IMG/VR virus record: IMGVR_UViG_3300008113_000157 | DNA from: an uncultured virus (IMG/VR IMGVR_UViG_3300008113_000157) | Lineage: Duplodnaviria > Heunggongvirae > Uroviricota > Caudoviricetes | Length of the DNA: 64,000 bases | Direction: 5' to 3' (one strand) | Shown: positions 18,499 through 28,156 of the stretch, one piece after another | Layout of the letters: each line of letters starts with the position of its first letter | How positions within the stretch are numbered: the first letter of the stretch is position 1 | Translations under genes and position numbers: made by a program | Notes under the pieces: model-generated | What the model saw: the letters and a program-made list of their open reading frames with translations, nothing else | What the model was told of the DNA's origin: nothing | Databases searched by the model: none

Positions 18499-19665
18499 TC
18501 AGATGTTGCCGTCATCTTGGATGAAGCTGAACGCGGTCGTGATGAAATCGGTGTTAAGGATTTCGAAACCAGCGTAAAGTTGCCAAATCAGAATGATGAA
18601 GCGGCTGAAGTCGTCGTTGTTGTTGATCAGCACCTGAGCATTCGGGCCGCCGATACCAACGCCAACAGCTTGAGGACCGAAGAAGTAACCTTGGGCCACT
18701 TCACGAGAAGCATAAGTACCACCAGTGCCATCGAAGGAAGCACTGATGCTCTTGCTTGGGAAGTTGGTCGACTCGAAGAACTTCACGCCTTCGAACTGAA
18801 CGCCAGTAGGCATTACAGGTTCACCAGCCAGGAAGTAACCTTGACCAGCCTGGGGACCCATGTAGAAGCTGGCGTTGTTAGGCATCATGGGATTACCCAT
18901 GTACATGCCTTGACCAGGGTTACCAGCGTAACGTGCAATCTCACGGAAGTCAGGATCACGACGCAGGTGCATCATGAAGACGGGATCGCAAATGCAACGA
19001 TACAGACCATCAGAGAAGGTCGGCACGTTACGCTTACGCAGGTCCTTAACAACGTTCAGCAGGTCGGTACGAACCTGGAATTGCTGAACATCAGCAGTGT
19101 ACTCAGTGGCGGTGTAAGCAATACGACCAGAAGAATCTTTGGTCTTGCCACCAGCAAAGTAGTAACCACCTTGCGAAGTAGAGGCGGCACCATTGGCTTC
19201 AGCTTTGGCGAGTTCATCAAGGAACACGCGGTCACGCCAACGGCGATAGTCGTCGAGCAGCGTCAAGCTACCGATCGACTGGTGGAACATATTCAGGTTC
19301 CCGCTGTCCAAAAGCAGGCGCTGCGCAGTGATCAGCGTCTCACGCGCAATCTTGAAAGTGCTAGGCTGAGTCGGATCACCCGGATCTGCAGGGCCGGTGT
19401 ACTCTTTGAGTACCACCAACACCTTTTCCTTTGTGATGTTGCGGCTGTTGGCAGTACCGATAGTCTGGTCGGACACACGCTCACGGCTGTCCTTGGTACC
19501 AGGGGTACCCCAGAACTTATAGCGGTCTAACTGAACGGTTTGACCAGGCTGCCGAGTAAAGTCATGAACGACCACAGGCTCGACTGCCATTTCTGCGATG
19601 TACGCAGGATGGGGACGGTAAAGTTCCGCACCCAAGATTTTTGGAAAGTCATTATCAATAAACAC
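18499..19665 (-). CDS. Major capsid protein
   Basis: 388 aa; DFTRQPGQTVQLDRY, CICDPVFMMHLRRDPDF, GVQFEGVKFFES, DDFSRFIILIWQLYAGFEILN; biased codon usage; located after portal and scaffold. Confidence 0.85.
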   Translation of the reverse strand: MFIDNDFPKILGAELYRPHPAYIAEMAVEPVVVHDFTRQPGQTVQLDRYKFWGTPGTKDSRERVSDQTIGTANSRNITKEKVLVVLKEYTGPADPGDPTQPSTFKIARETLITAQRLLLDSGNLNMFHQSIGSLTLLDDYRRWRDRVFLDELAKAEANGAASTSQGGYYFAGGKTKDSSGRIAYTATEYTADVQQFQVRTDLLNVVKDLRKRNVPTFSDGLYRCICDPVFMMHLRRDPDFREIARYAGNPGQGMYMGNPMMPNNASFYMGPQAGQGYFLAGEPVMPTGVQFEGVKFFESTNFPSKSISASFDGTGGTYASREVAQGYFFGPQAVGVGIGGPNAQVLINNNDDFSRFIILIWQLYAGFEILNTDFITTAFSFIQDDGNI

Positions 19666-19775
19666 TTTGTTTCATCCTCCGTGTGATCGTCTAGGAAGTG
19701 TTTGTTATCGGGTAAAAGATTCAGACATTTCCATGTCTTATCTATTAGAAATTTTAGCAGTTAGTAACTTATTAG

Positions 19776-20222
19776 TTACATATACTGCAAAGTAGGTGTG
19801 GCCGTACGTGCCATCAAGGTATTACTGGAGCCATAACGCTCTGGATCCTCACCTTGAACGACGTTCATAACACCACCACCAATCGTGCCACCAAGTGCAC
19901 CTGCACCAAGAACACCAATTCCAGTACCAAGTGCAAACTCAGCTTTAGGACTAGTAGAACCAGCCTTAACAAGTCTGCTCATGTAACCTGGCCCAAGAGT
20001 TGCCCCTACTCCTGCACCTAAAGCACCGGCGCCTAACGCTTCCGCAATTAGACGACCGGGACTTTTTTCTTGTGCTTGGCCGGTAACAACGTTTCCAAGG
20101 GTGGCAAGACCTGCAGCAGCGGCACCTGCACCGAGAGTGGACAATGTAGGGTCCATTGCTGCATTCATTAATGCCGCTTTACCCTTTGCAAGTAACGGAT
20201 TGAATTTACCGGCCAGTTTCAT
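19776..20222 (-). CDS. Gly/Ala-rich hydrophobic hypothetical protein
   Basis: 148 aa with glycine-zipper-like segments. Confidence 0.6.
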   Translation of the reverse strand: MKLAGKFNPLLAKGKAALMNAAMDPTLSTLGAGAAAAGLATLGNVVTGQAQEKSPGRLIAEALGAGALGAGVGATLGPGYMSRLVKAGSTSPKAEFALGTGIGVLGAGALGGTIGGGVMNVVQGEDPERYGSSNTLMARTATPTLQYM

Positions 20223-20226
20223 TGCC

Positions 20227-21273
20227 TCACTCCATCACAAACAATTTGTTTGCAACGACTTGAGGTTGAGCTTGATTCAGTAAACGCCAAGCATTTGTGG
20301 GGTCCACATCCATTTGGCTCTTAAAGCTGCCCCAGAAATTTTCAGGACGTTGAGGAGCAGATGCAGAAGGAGGTGCTGGCATGTACGGATTAATAGCTCC
20401 CACTGGTGCGGTGCGGTAACCAGGAGTCTCAAGTTCAGACTCACTTTCGTACACAGGACACGGACCTTCAGGACCAAAGAACTGCAGTGTGTAATCGCTG
20501 AGAACGTCGGGGTTCGTCAGGATCTCGTTATAAGCAAGATTCTCTTGGTGCTCGTTAACTGCAAAGTTTGCATATTGAGTCAGCAGTTGATTTGCCTGTT
20601 CGTTCTCAACACGCTCGTTAACTGCAAAACTTGCATAATCAGTTAACAGACCTTGTGCTTGTTGGCCCCATGCAACAGCACTATCCAGCATGCCCTCAAG
20701 ATTAAGTGCATATTGGTTAAGGATCGCAGGTGCTTCCCAGCCGTAATTATTGATTACGAACCGGCTTTCGTTGCTTAGATCTAGACGATCCGCCACTGCT
20801 TGGCTCAGCTCCTGACTTACGGCCGGAGACGAGGGAATCGAAGAAGTTTGGGAATAATTGGGCGAGTATGTCTGGTTGGCTTGCCAGGTCTGCGGAGCCG
20901 ATTGATACGTACTTTGGCCGTTCGTTTGTCCGTAATTGGCCGGACTGTAGGTCGTCGGTACTGACGGTTGACCCTGGAACGGGGATTGAACTGGGCTGCT
21001 CAGAAGGCCCACCACCTTGTTGAATGCCGACTCCCATGGATTGCCCGTCGTCTCCGATGGGGATTGGGGGGCGTACTGAGACGGGTTTGATTGGTAATTG
21101 GGGGCCGCCTGTGGTACTGCTTGGGGGTAGCTCGTACCCACCTGATACGGCACTGGTTGTCCCACTGGAGCTGTCGGTGCTGCTTGGTAGCTCGGCACCA
21201 CGTAGCTGCTTGGAGCCACCGCTGCCGGAACTTGGCTCGTCTGTGGGATCGATTGGACGGTAGCGTCCTGCAT
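20227..21273 (-). CDS. Probable scaffolding / head assembly protein
   Basis: P/Q/S-rich N-terminus, helical C-terminus, between portal and capsid. Confidence 0.55.
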   Translation of the reverse strand: MQDATVQSIPQTSQVPAAVAPSSYVVPSYQAAPTAPVGQPVPYQVGTSYPQAVPQAAPNYQSNPSQYAPQSPSETTGNPWESAFNKVVGLLSSPVQSPFQGQPSVPTTYSPANYGQTNGQSTYQSAPQTWQANQTYSPNYSQTSSIPSSPAVSQELSQAVADRLDLSNESRFVINNYGWEAPAILNQYALNLEGMLDSAVAWGQQAQGLLTDYASFAVNERVENEQANQLLTQYANFAVNEHQENLAYNEILTNPDVLSDYTLQFFGPEGPCPVYESESELETPGYRTAPVGAINPYMPAPPSASAPQRPENFWGSFKSQMDVDPTNAWRLLNQAQPQVVANKLFVME

Positions 21274-23029
21274 AGCTCATCTCCTTTTGTAAAGCTTCTA
21301 AAGTTCGATACAGATATGGCGTTAAATCCAATCTTGGATCCGCAGCCATCGGAAGATCCGGTGCTTGCGGGTGAGGAGTCTGCATCATGCCCCCCACTAG
21401 TTTAGAAAATGCAGCGTATGCACCCTGCAATTCGTTCACCATCCTGAACGGAAAGCCGGATAGCATCTCCGCTCTTTCCTCATCTGTTTTAGATGGGAAA
21501 AGATATTTCAGTGCTTCAATGCTATCAACCCCTAACTCTTGAAGGTTTCTTACAACAATTGAGTTGTTAAGAATATCTTGCGTCGAGTCCTCGTAAACAG
21601 GGCCTAGCCAACGCCATAGAACTGTTATGTCTCCGTCTGGAATTAACCCCACCACATTAGGCGGAATCATCTGTGTTTCAATGCATGCCATCATGATTTG
21701 TTTGAGCTTTTGCTCATACATTTGCATGGCTTGCTTGTACATCTCCTGTTGTTCAGGAGGTGCGCTAGGTTCGAGTGCAATTGGCTTTTCGAGTTTTGCA
21801 GCTTGAGCTAGGGTTGTTTTAAAGATCTGTTCTTCTTGGTAAATAATTAATTCAAAACACCGACAAATACCATGTTCATAAATAGCATTTGCTTTTTTCT
21901 TGGTTGTTGCAGCAACACGACCGAACAGTGATTTGTATTCAGTTGCGGTGACGCCAGCAGAAATAGAAAGCTCGTCAACACCACCAAGTGCCGTACGAAT
22001 CTCTTCTCGATACTGTCGACCAAATGCGTTTTGGTCTCCCGTGATTGCGTCGGGAACAATGTAACCAACACGATCGTTTGGCTCCAGGTTCGCAATAACG
22101 CGTGGCACTCTGATCTGAGCTTCCATGCCACGACTGACGGGATCAGCCTTGAACATGGATGCACTCATAGGTGATTGGCTAGCAAACCCTGAGTTAGCGG
22201 CAATCGAAGGACGCTGGATCGCCATGTCACCACCGGACTCCATCAGGTCGGTTTTGGGACGTGATGACAACAGCGTTGGGTTGCCAAAGAACGTGATGTT
22301 CTTACGCATCGTACGCATCAATTCATCGTGCGTACAAATGGCATTGGCTAGTGCATCAAAGTCACCATGTCCTTCTGCAGAGAAGCCCTGAGGATTGTTG
22401 GTGATTTCAACACATGGAATGAAGTTGAGTGTATTCGGGAACTTCTTGGTATCACCCGTTAAGGTGTACGTAGGCATGTCAAAGTTAAGTTCAGATTCAG
22501 AATGAGTCTCTTCAATTGAATCTGCTTTAATTGACAAACGAATGTATCTCTTTGCTCCAGGGCTGTAAGCGTTGTTAACGCCGGGGGTATTGGTAAGACT
22601 CTTCATCTGGATGTCACCAAAGCCATTCATGGCTTTGCGCACCTTATAGCTGTAGATGATTACAACTTCGTCCAGTTCGCCATCAACGTTGTAATAGGAA
22701 CGATATTCGTGTTTACGGAAATAATACAGACGGTAATTGTTTTTAGTAGGACGGATGTAAAAAAGTCCTTGGCCATCACAGATGAAATACTCCCAAATGG
22801 AATCAAGTCTCGTATCAAGCTTGTTGTATTTGCAAACACGATCAAGGAAGTCTTTACGTTGTGAACCGAAGTTATCTTGGGATGGGAAGAATTCAACTCC
22901 TTGGCGAATACCAAAGAGTTTCATCTGTGCAATATGGGACGCGACAATGCCTGTGTCAACGACAACGCCACTATCTCGATCAAGATAAGCGTTGACAATT
23001 TCTTGAAGTCTGGCTTTAGCGTCCGCCAT
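20747..23029 (-). CDS. Portal protein (probable)
   Basis: 760 aa between terminase and capsid; NTLNFIPCVEI.N.P...EGHGDF motif typical of portals; the low-complexity C-terminus overlaps the next gene. Confidence 0.7.
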   Translation of the reverse strand: MADAKARLQEIVNAYLDRDSGVVVDTGIVASHIAQMKLFGIRQGVEFFPSQDNFGSQRKDFLDRVCKYNKLDTRLDSIWEYFICDGQGLFYIRPTKNNYRLYYFRKHEYRSYYNVDGELDEVVIIYSYKVRKAMNGFGDIQMKSLTNTPGVNNAYSPGAKRYIRLSIKADSIEETHSESELNFDMPTYTLTGDTKKFPNTLNFIPCVEITNNPQGFSAEGHGDFDALANAICTHDELMRTMRKNITFFGNPTLLSSRPKTDLMESGGDMAIQRPSIAANSGFASQSPMSASMFKADPVSRGMEAQIRVPRVIANLEPNDRVGYIVPDAITGDQNAFGRQYREEIRTALGGVDELSISAGVTATEYKSLFGRVAATTKKKANAIYEHGICRCFELIIYQEEQIFKTTLAQAAKLEKPIALEPSAPPEQQEMYKQAMQMYEQKLKQIMMACIETQMIPPNVVGLIPDGDITVLWRWLGPVYEDSTQDILNNSIVVRNLQELGVDSIEALKYLFPSKTDEERAEMLSGFPFRMVNELQGAYAAFSKLVGGMMQTPHPQAPDLPMAADPRLDLTPYLYRTLEALQKEMSYAGRYRPIDPTDEPSSGSGGSKQLRGAELPSSTDSSSGTTSAVSGGYELPPSSTTGGPQLPIKPVSVRPPIPIGDDGQSMGVGIQQGGGPSEQPSSIPVPGSTVSTDDLQSGQLRTNERPKYVSIGSADLASQPDILAQLFPNFFDSLVSGRKSGAEPSSGGSSRSKQRKPVRNQ

Positions 23030-23064
23030 TATTTACTTTGGTTATTGAGTAATACTAGCAGGTT

Positions 23065-23475
23065 TTAAGAAACCGTCATATTCGAAAAACCTGCGGGTAA
23101 AGTGCCGCGATAAAACGTTGCGTTTGCTGCGTTTGCACCGTTGGGTAGATAGCTCATCGCCGCACCATTCCCTGGGGCACTTGGGTCATAACGCCCACCC
23201 ATCTGCGCCATAGCGCCGTAAAGATTGCTGGAACCAAACGGACTACCTGCCATTGGAAGCTGAGGGAATCCTGGGGCTCCTGGCATTGGCTGCGGTTGCC
23301 CTGGGCCATAGACGTCATCAATGTTCTTGCGATTCTCACCGGGAAGAATAGGCTTGTCTTTATTCTTTGCACCCGGAATTTGAAAACGAGGATCAAACGG
23401 ACTTGCGGCCATTGCTCCTGAATTGCCTAAACCTGTGCCGTAAAAACCACCGGGCTGCGTGAAATAATTTTGCAC
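23065..23475 (-). CDS. Hypothetical G/P-rich protein
   Basis: 136 aa ORF with TAGAAT upstream. Confidence 0.5.
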   Translation of the reverse strand: MQNYFTQPGGFYGTGLGNSGAMAASPFDPRFQIPGAKNKDKPILPGENRKNIDDVYGPGQPQPMPGAPGFPQLPMAGSPFGSSNLYGAMAQMGGRYDPSAPGNGAAMSYLPNGANAANATFYRGTLPAGFSNMTVS

Positions 23476-23503
23476 TCTAAATACTTCCGCTATTGGAACT
23501 ATT

Positions 23504-23686
23504 CTACTCTTCTATAACTTCGTAGCCAGCGGCATCATTGACTTTGGTGATGATAATGCCAGTGCCACGTACATCCCAATTAAGGACGTCGCCTTCTTGC
23601 CAGCCAAGCTCTTCGACTACTTCGTCGGGAAACGTGATGTACTGGTCTCCGTTCTCATCCTCTTGGACTTCGAGAATGTAACTCAT
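23504..23686 (-). CDS. AbrB/MazE-like small DNA-binding protein
   Basis: ENGDQYITFPDEVVEELGWQEGDVLNW swapped-hairpin pattern. Confidence 0.7.
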   Translation of the reverse strand: MSYILEVQEDENGDQYITFPDEVVEELGWQEGDVLNWDVRGTGIIITKVNDAAGYEVIEE

Positions 23687-23985
23687 TTTGATTCGAGCAA
23701 TTTCTCCATTAGCTTATCAAGCTTATTGTTGATTTGATTGAAGTTGTCGTGCATTTGCTGGATTTCTCTTAGGAAGTCTACCTTAAGAACGTAATCTAAA
23801 GGCATGCGTTTTAAGTCGTCTTCCAAAACGTCAATCCTTCGTTTCTGCGAGCCGATGTAATTGAAAGCTTGTTGGATTTGGTCGTTTTGTCTTCCAAGGA
23901 TTTTACCTGCAACCCAACTGCCACCGGTAATAGCGGATACAACGGCCGTTAAACCGATAGCAATGTATTCAGGCCCCACGACCAA
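23683..23985 (-). CDS. Membrane-anchored coiled-coil protein (possible lysis accessory)
   Basis: N-terminal TM segment, MPLDYVLKVDF, C-terminal coiled coil. Confidence 0.55.
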   Translation of the reverse strand: MVVGPEYIAIGLTAVVSAITGGSWVAGKILGRQNDQIQQAFNYIGSQKRRIDVLEDDLKRMPLDYVLKVDFLREIQQMHDNFNQINNKLDKLMEKLLESK

Positions 23986-24010
23986 ATTCGCTTTTTTCTA
24001 ATTCTAAGGT

Positions 24011-25537
24011 TCAGTAATCGACGTGGAGTTTTCCTTTGCGCATTAATCCGTTAATCATCCAGACTAAAGCATCAACGCAGTCATCATGACTGCTGACACC
24101 AAAGTTTGTCAGCTCTTCAAACATCGCGGTGAAGTTGCGGTAGCGATTGAAGATCAGTTTGCGATCCTCAAACAAACCCATACAGCCACGGAAGCGTGCC
24201 AATTTATCGGCGCGGAATCCTTTGACGGGATGCCAATTCAAGTTGTAAAGGCTTTCATTGGTTAAACACACGCGTTTAAAATCGGCCTCCAAAGAAGCCT
24301 GGTATTGTACCGCTTCTGAATAAATGTCGCACGTTGAATATGTTGGGTAGTAATTGCCATTCTCATCTTGTCCAAGGATATTCCAATCATTGAGGAGTTC
24401 TTTGAGAGCATCAAGTTTCTCAAGGTTTCCCATAACACGTAATCGACGATAGTCGATGACATGAATGCGATCTCCAATGCGACCACCCAATACCATGACG
24501 GTGTAGTCATTCTTCTCTTTGGTGCCCGCAGATAAGTCAACACCTACAGCAAGACAATCAAATTCAGTTGCAATCTCCGCTTTAACAATCAGTTCTGGTG
24601 CCAGAGATAATTCATTCTGCCTGACGACTTGATTCATGTACTGGAACGAGAAGGCAATTGGTGCTTGTCGTTTCTTTTCTTTTAAGTAGTCAAGTGACCA
24701 CATGTCTGGCCAATATGAAACCTCTTCTCCCGTTTTAGGATCAGTAAGGATGGCAGATAACACAATCTGAAGCCAGTTGTTTTGTGTGTTAAATGTCGTT
24801 GCATGGATGTCATCATGTCTGAAGCGAGTACCAAGGCAGATAGCCCTGGCTCCTTCAAACATGGTGGGTGCAATCACAGCATTCCAGTTATCCTGCATCT
24901 GTTTACGAATGTCAGGGTTGGAGATGTCTGCGGCAGATTTAATGGCGTCATCAATGATCACCAGGTGTGAACGCTTGGAGGTCACCGAGCCTTTGAGACC
25001 TGCGGCACAGAGTGTAAATTGTTCCTCACCCGTGGTATCAATGCCAGCAAACTTGTGATCGATTGACCAGTACTCATTACTGGTTACGTTCTTGAGAAGA
25101 CGTACGGTTGGAAAGACTTCTTGGTACCGCTTGCTTTCAATGATGCGTTTAATGGTCGCCGACTTAGAACGTGCAATGTCAACCGTATAGGAGAGATAAA
25201 GAATTTGTAGTGGCTTCTTGGCTTGTGTATGAAGACCAATAGCCCATGCCGTGAACAAACCTAAGATTGTGGACTTAGCAGATCCACGTGGTGCCAGAAG
25301 ATCAACATTGGGTCCTGCAATTTTTAAAAGACACGCACTATCTTCGCCTGTAACAAAATGACGATGCCATTCTTTATGATGCTGTGCAGGAGGTTTATCG
25401 GCTACGTAATCACAAAAGTATCCAAAGTCTTCTCTTGCTTTCTTTAGAGACTCAAGATTACGTGGTACACGAATTTGTTGCCTACGTGCAGCAGCTTGCG
25501 CGTTACGTCGATATGCAAGATGTTGATATGCAGGCAC
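24011..25537 (-). CDS. terL: Terminase large subunit
   Basis: Walker A LAPRGSAKST, Walker B VIIDDAIK, GTRFRHDD coupling motif, nuclease GVDLS and HDDCVDAL. Confidence 0.95.
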   Translation of the reverse strand: MPAYQHLAYRRNAQAAARRQQIRVPRNLESLKKAREDFGYFCDYVADKPPAQHHKEWHRHFVTGEDSACLLKIAGPNVDLLAPRGSAKSTILGLFTAWAIGLHTQAKKPLQILYLSYTVDIARSKSATIKRIIESKRYQEVFPTVRLLKNVTSNEYWSIDHKFAGIDTTGEEQFTLCAAGLKGSVTSKRSHLVIIDDAIKSAADISNPDIRKQMQDNWNAVIAPTMFEGARAICLGTRFRHDDIHATTFNTQNNWLQIVLSAILTDPKTGEEVSYWPDMWSLDYLKEKKRQAPIAFSFQYMNQVVRQNELSLAPELIVKAEIATEFDCLAVGVDLSAGTKEKNDYTVMVLGGRIGDRIHVIDYRRLRVMGNLEKLDALKELLNDWNILGQDENGNYYPTYSTCDIYSEAVQYQASLEADFKRVCLTNESLYNLNWHPVKGFRADKLARFRGCMGLFEDRKLIFNRYRNFTAMFEELTNFGVSSHDDCVDALVWMINGLMRKGKLHVDY

Positions 25538-25564
25538 AATAAGTAATCAGCTAGTAACTGAATA

Positions 25565-25954
25565 CTACTTCATTCGTTGACGTTTTTGTTTTTCCTCTTC
25601 TGTGCTTGGTACTGGCGTGCCTTTTCCAAAGCTGCTTGGTGCTTGTCTTTGTCCGACATTGGGCTGTTGTCCTGGTTGCGTGCTTCCCGTTCTTTGAGGT
25701 GCGCCAGGATTTGGGGAAGCTGTTGGCGGTTGGTTTCCATTCTGTTCATTACGTGTTTCTGCAACAGCGCTCAATACTCTTGCGCCTTCGGCTGCAGGAC
25801 TTTTAGCTTCACCACCAATGGGTGCTCCTTGTAATTCACGACGTCCACCAAACCGATTTCGATTCTCCTGCAATCTTTGCACAGCAGCACCAAGGCTACC
25901 AGCAAGCATTGCGTCGTTCCCTTGGTCGGTAGTTGGTTGTGGTGAATTCATCAT
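25565..25954 (-). CDS. Hypothetical protein
   Basis: 129 aa ORF with TAAAAT just upstream. Confidence 0.5.
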   Translation of the reverse strand: MMNSPQPTTDQGNDAMLAGSLGAAVQRLQENRNRFGGRRELQGAPIGGEAKSPAAEGARVLSAVAETRNEQNGNQPPTASPNPGAPQRTGSTQPGQQPNVGQRQAPSSFGKGTPVPSTEEEKQKRQRMK

Positions 25955-25968
25955 ATGTGTATTTTAAC

Positions 25969-26595
25969 TTAACTGTCTTCGTACTGCATTTTGGCCCAAA
26001 TACTCATGGACGCTTCTTCCAAGGGGATTTCAATTGGGTCATCTTTGAAGATAATTTGTAATTCACGTAGAGCACGATCTGCACCAGCCATTAGCAATCC
26101 TTTGCGATCACGGCTAGATGTGAATAGTTCAATCTGCGCAATAGTGCCACGTAATTCTTTTTGCATGCCAGCAATACGTGCCACGCCAGCATCACGTTTG
26201 ACAACACCGTTATCAACGTCTTCTCGTAACTTACGGATATCTTCCTGCATCTCCTCAATTTCATAGAGGAGTTTCTTGCGATGATCCGGCTTTTTGTAAT
26301 GGGATTTAACCCATAAATCACACGCAGAAATACTACCTCCATAGCCAAGGAATCTGGCATAGAGATAGCATTCAATCACCGAGAAAGTTTCCTCGGCAAA
26401 ACTACAAAACGCATCTTGATCTGAAGACGTTAAGTTGTCGACCCATTGGTCAAACAACTCAATATCGATAGCCTCGTTGCGCCTGGTTGTAGTCTCTGGC
26501 TTCTTCTGTATCTTTGAATTGCTGGCCTTGCTCTGCGGAAGTGCGTTGTTCAGACGCACCTTTGCCGATGGTTTCGCGTTCTTGGGTTCCAGCAT
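25969..26595 (-). CDS. Helical hypothetical protein, terminase small subunit candidate (true start probably nearer 26480)
   Basis: Coiled-coil-rich ORF upstream of terL; the annotated N-terminus overlaps the 26459-26713 ORF. Confidence 0.45.
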   Translation of the reverse strand: MLEPKNAKPSAKVRLNNALPQSKASNSKIQKKPETTTRRNEAIDIELFDQWVDNLTSSDQDAFCSFAEETFSVIECYLYARFLGYGGSISACDLWVKSHYKKPDHRKKLLYEIEEMQEDIRKLREDVDNGVVKRDAGVARIAGMQKELRGTIAQIELFTSSRDRKGLLMAGADRALRELQIIFKDDPIEIPLEEASMSIWAKMQYEDS

Positions 26596-26713
26596 CTTCT
26601 AATTTTTTCTTGGAAAAACTATAAGCCACTTCAGCGGCCTGTCGATATTTGTCAATATCAAACGGGTCGTCCTCAGTTGTTTTATTAACTTGGCCGGGAG
26701 GCAACGTTGTCAT
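26459..26713 (-). CDS. Hypothetical protein
   Basis: 84 aa ORF (DPFDIDKYRQAAE). Confidence 0.6.
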   Translation of the reverse strand: MTTLPPGQVNKTTEDDPFDIDKYRQAAEVAYSFSKKKLEDAGTQERETIGKGASEQRTSAEQGQQFKDTEEARDYNQAQRGYRY

Positions 26714-26733
26714 GGCTTATAACTGCCTCAAGA

Positions 26734-26910
26734 TTAGAAATTAGACATCATGCTAGCGAGACCCTGTTGGAAAATGTCACGACGACCTTCAACAGACTTC
26801 TGACGTTGCTGGCGACCTTTAGATGCTTCAAGGCGGTTAAGAAGAGCCTCAAAATTATTAAGGTCAAAATTAGTGGCGGTATCAGTACCGGTATTTGTAA
26901 GAGCGTTCAT
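26734..26910 (-). CDS. Small protein, tandem paralogue 1 (58 aa)
   Basis: Hand translation: MNALTNTGTDTATNFDLNNFEALLNRLEASKGRQQRQKSVEGRRDIFQQGLASMMSNF. Confidence 0.8.
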   Translation of the reverse strand: MNALTNTGTDTATNFDLNNFEALLNRLEASKGRQQRQKSVEGRRDIFQQGLASMMSNF

Positions 26911-26939
26911 TTTACTCTTTCTTTAATAAAGGTTTAAAA

Positions 26940-27119
26940 TCAGAAGTTGGACATCATGCTGGCAAGACCTTGTTGGAAGATGTCACGACGACCTTCAACA
27001 GACTTCTGACGCTGTTGGCGACCTTTAGATGCTTCGAGACGCTGAAGGAGTTGTTCGAAGTTGTTAAGGTCAAAATTAGTAGCAGAATCGCTACCGGTAT
27101 CAGTGAGAGCGTTAGTCAT
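26940..27119 (-). CDS. Small protein, tandem paralogue 2 (59 aa)
   Basis: Hand translation: MTNALTDTGSDSATNFDLNNFEQLLQRLEASKGRQQRQKSVEGRRDIFQQGLASMMSNF; differences from paralogue 1 are mostly synonymous. Confidence 0.8.
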   Translation of the reverse strand: MTNALTDTGSDSATNFDLNNFEQLLQRLEASKGRQQRQKSVEGRRDIFQQGLASMMSNF

Positions 27120-27162
27120 TTGTTATTAACCAATTGTAGGTCTCTAAGTATTATAAACAGAC

Positions 27163-28146
27163 TTAACCAAAGGCAATACCAAGTAAGTTGTACATCTTCT
27201 GATTAGCATCCATCCTGGCGATGTCTTTATCCGCTTCCGTACGAAGGCCCATGGTTTTGTAATCCCACTCGCCTTTCTTCTCTACGTTCTTAAGTGAGTA
27301 GCTACCTTCAATATCGGCCACGTCTTTCAAGCCAGCGTTAATGATCTCCTGAAGCCTAGCTTTTTTATCCCCTTCGATTGTGGCAACTGCAGTGCGCCAG
27401 CGCTCTTCGGAATCTGTGGCATACTTGGTTCCTTCAAGAGTACGGTCGTAGCCGTAATTGGATGCATCTCTTTGAATCTTTGCAATTTCTTCGGCAGATT
27501 TTGCGCGAATACGATCGCTTTCTAATCCAAAACCTCCTTGAAGATCAGCCTTTTCAAGTTCTGTTTTAGAAATTTGTTCCCAGGCAAATAAGCCGCCTCC
27601 GTTTGCCTCATCGTTATTAGTAACGCCCCCTGCTTCCGCTTCTCCAGTTCCACTTGTTACTTGGTTCAGCGTGTCTTTATTTGTTTGATAGTATTGCTTA
27701 CCGCTGTCAGCTAACTTGATGCCTTTGTCTTCAAGTTTATCTTTTAGATCCGCCAAGGATCTACCACTACCCGTTGCAATAGCTTCAAGCTCTTTGGCGC
27801 CAGCTTTATTGCCTTTTACTTCGTATTTAACACCACCAACCATAATTGTTGTGGTGTTTGATTTATTGTTAGCTTTTGGTTTGTCCTCTTCTTTTTGATT
27901 TTGTTTAGTTGACGGAACAATAGGCTGAAGAATAGGTTTAACAATAGGTTGGATTGTAGGTTTATTTTGCGCAGGCTTATTAGGCTTGTTGTCCTCCTTC
28001 TTGGGTTGGATATTAGGTTTGTTATCAGCAGGCTTATTAGGCTTGTTATCCTCCTTCTTAGGTTGGATATTAGGTTTGTTTTCAGCAGGCTTGTTAGGCT
28101 TGCTCTCCTCTTTCTTAGGTTGGATGTTGGGTTTATTTTTTGACAT
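27163..28146 (-). CDS. Hypothetical virion protein with N-terminal 18-aa K/P/N tandem repeats
   Basis: NKPNIQPKKE(E/D)xKPNKPAx repeated three times. Confidence 0.7.
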   Translation of the reverse strand: MSKNKPNIQPKKEESKPNKPAENKPNIQPKKEDNKPNKPADNKPNIQPKKEDNKPNKPAQNKPTIQPIVKPILQPIVPSTKQNQKEEDKPKANNKSNTTTIMVGGVKYEVKGNKAGAKELEAIATGSGRSLADLKDKLEDKGIKLADSGKQYYQTNKDTLNQVTSGTGEAEAGGVTNNDEANGGGLFAWEQISKTELEKADLQGGFGLESDRIRAKSAEEIAKIQRDASNYGYDRTLEGTKYATDSEERWRTAVATIEGDKKARLQEIINAGLKDVADIEGSYSLKNVEKKGEWDYKTMGLRTEADKDIARMDANQKMYNLLGIAFG

Positions 28147-28156
28147 GAGTTATCTC

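Noticed and set aside
18490..19530. 346-aa plus-strand ORF antisense to the major capsid gene
   Set aside because: Most likely a shadow ORF caused by the strong codon bias of the capsid gene; no recognisable motifs.
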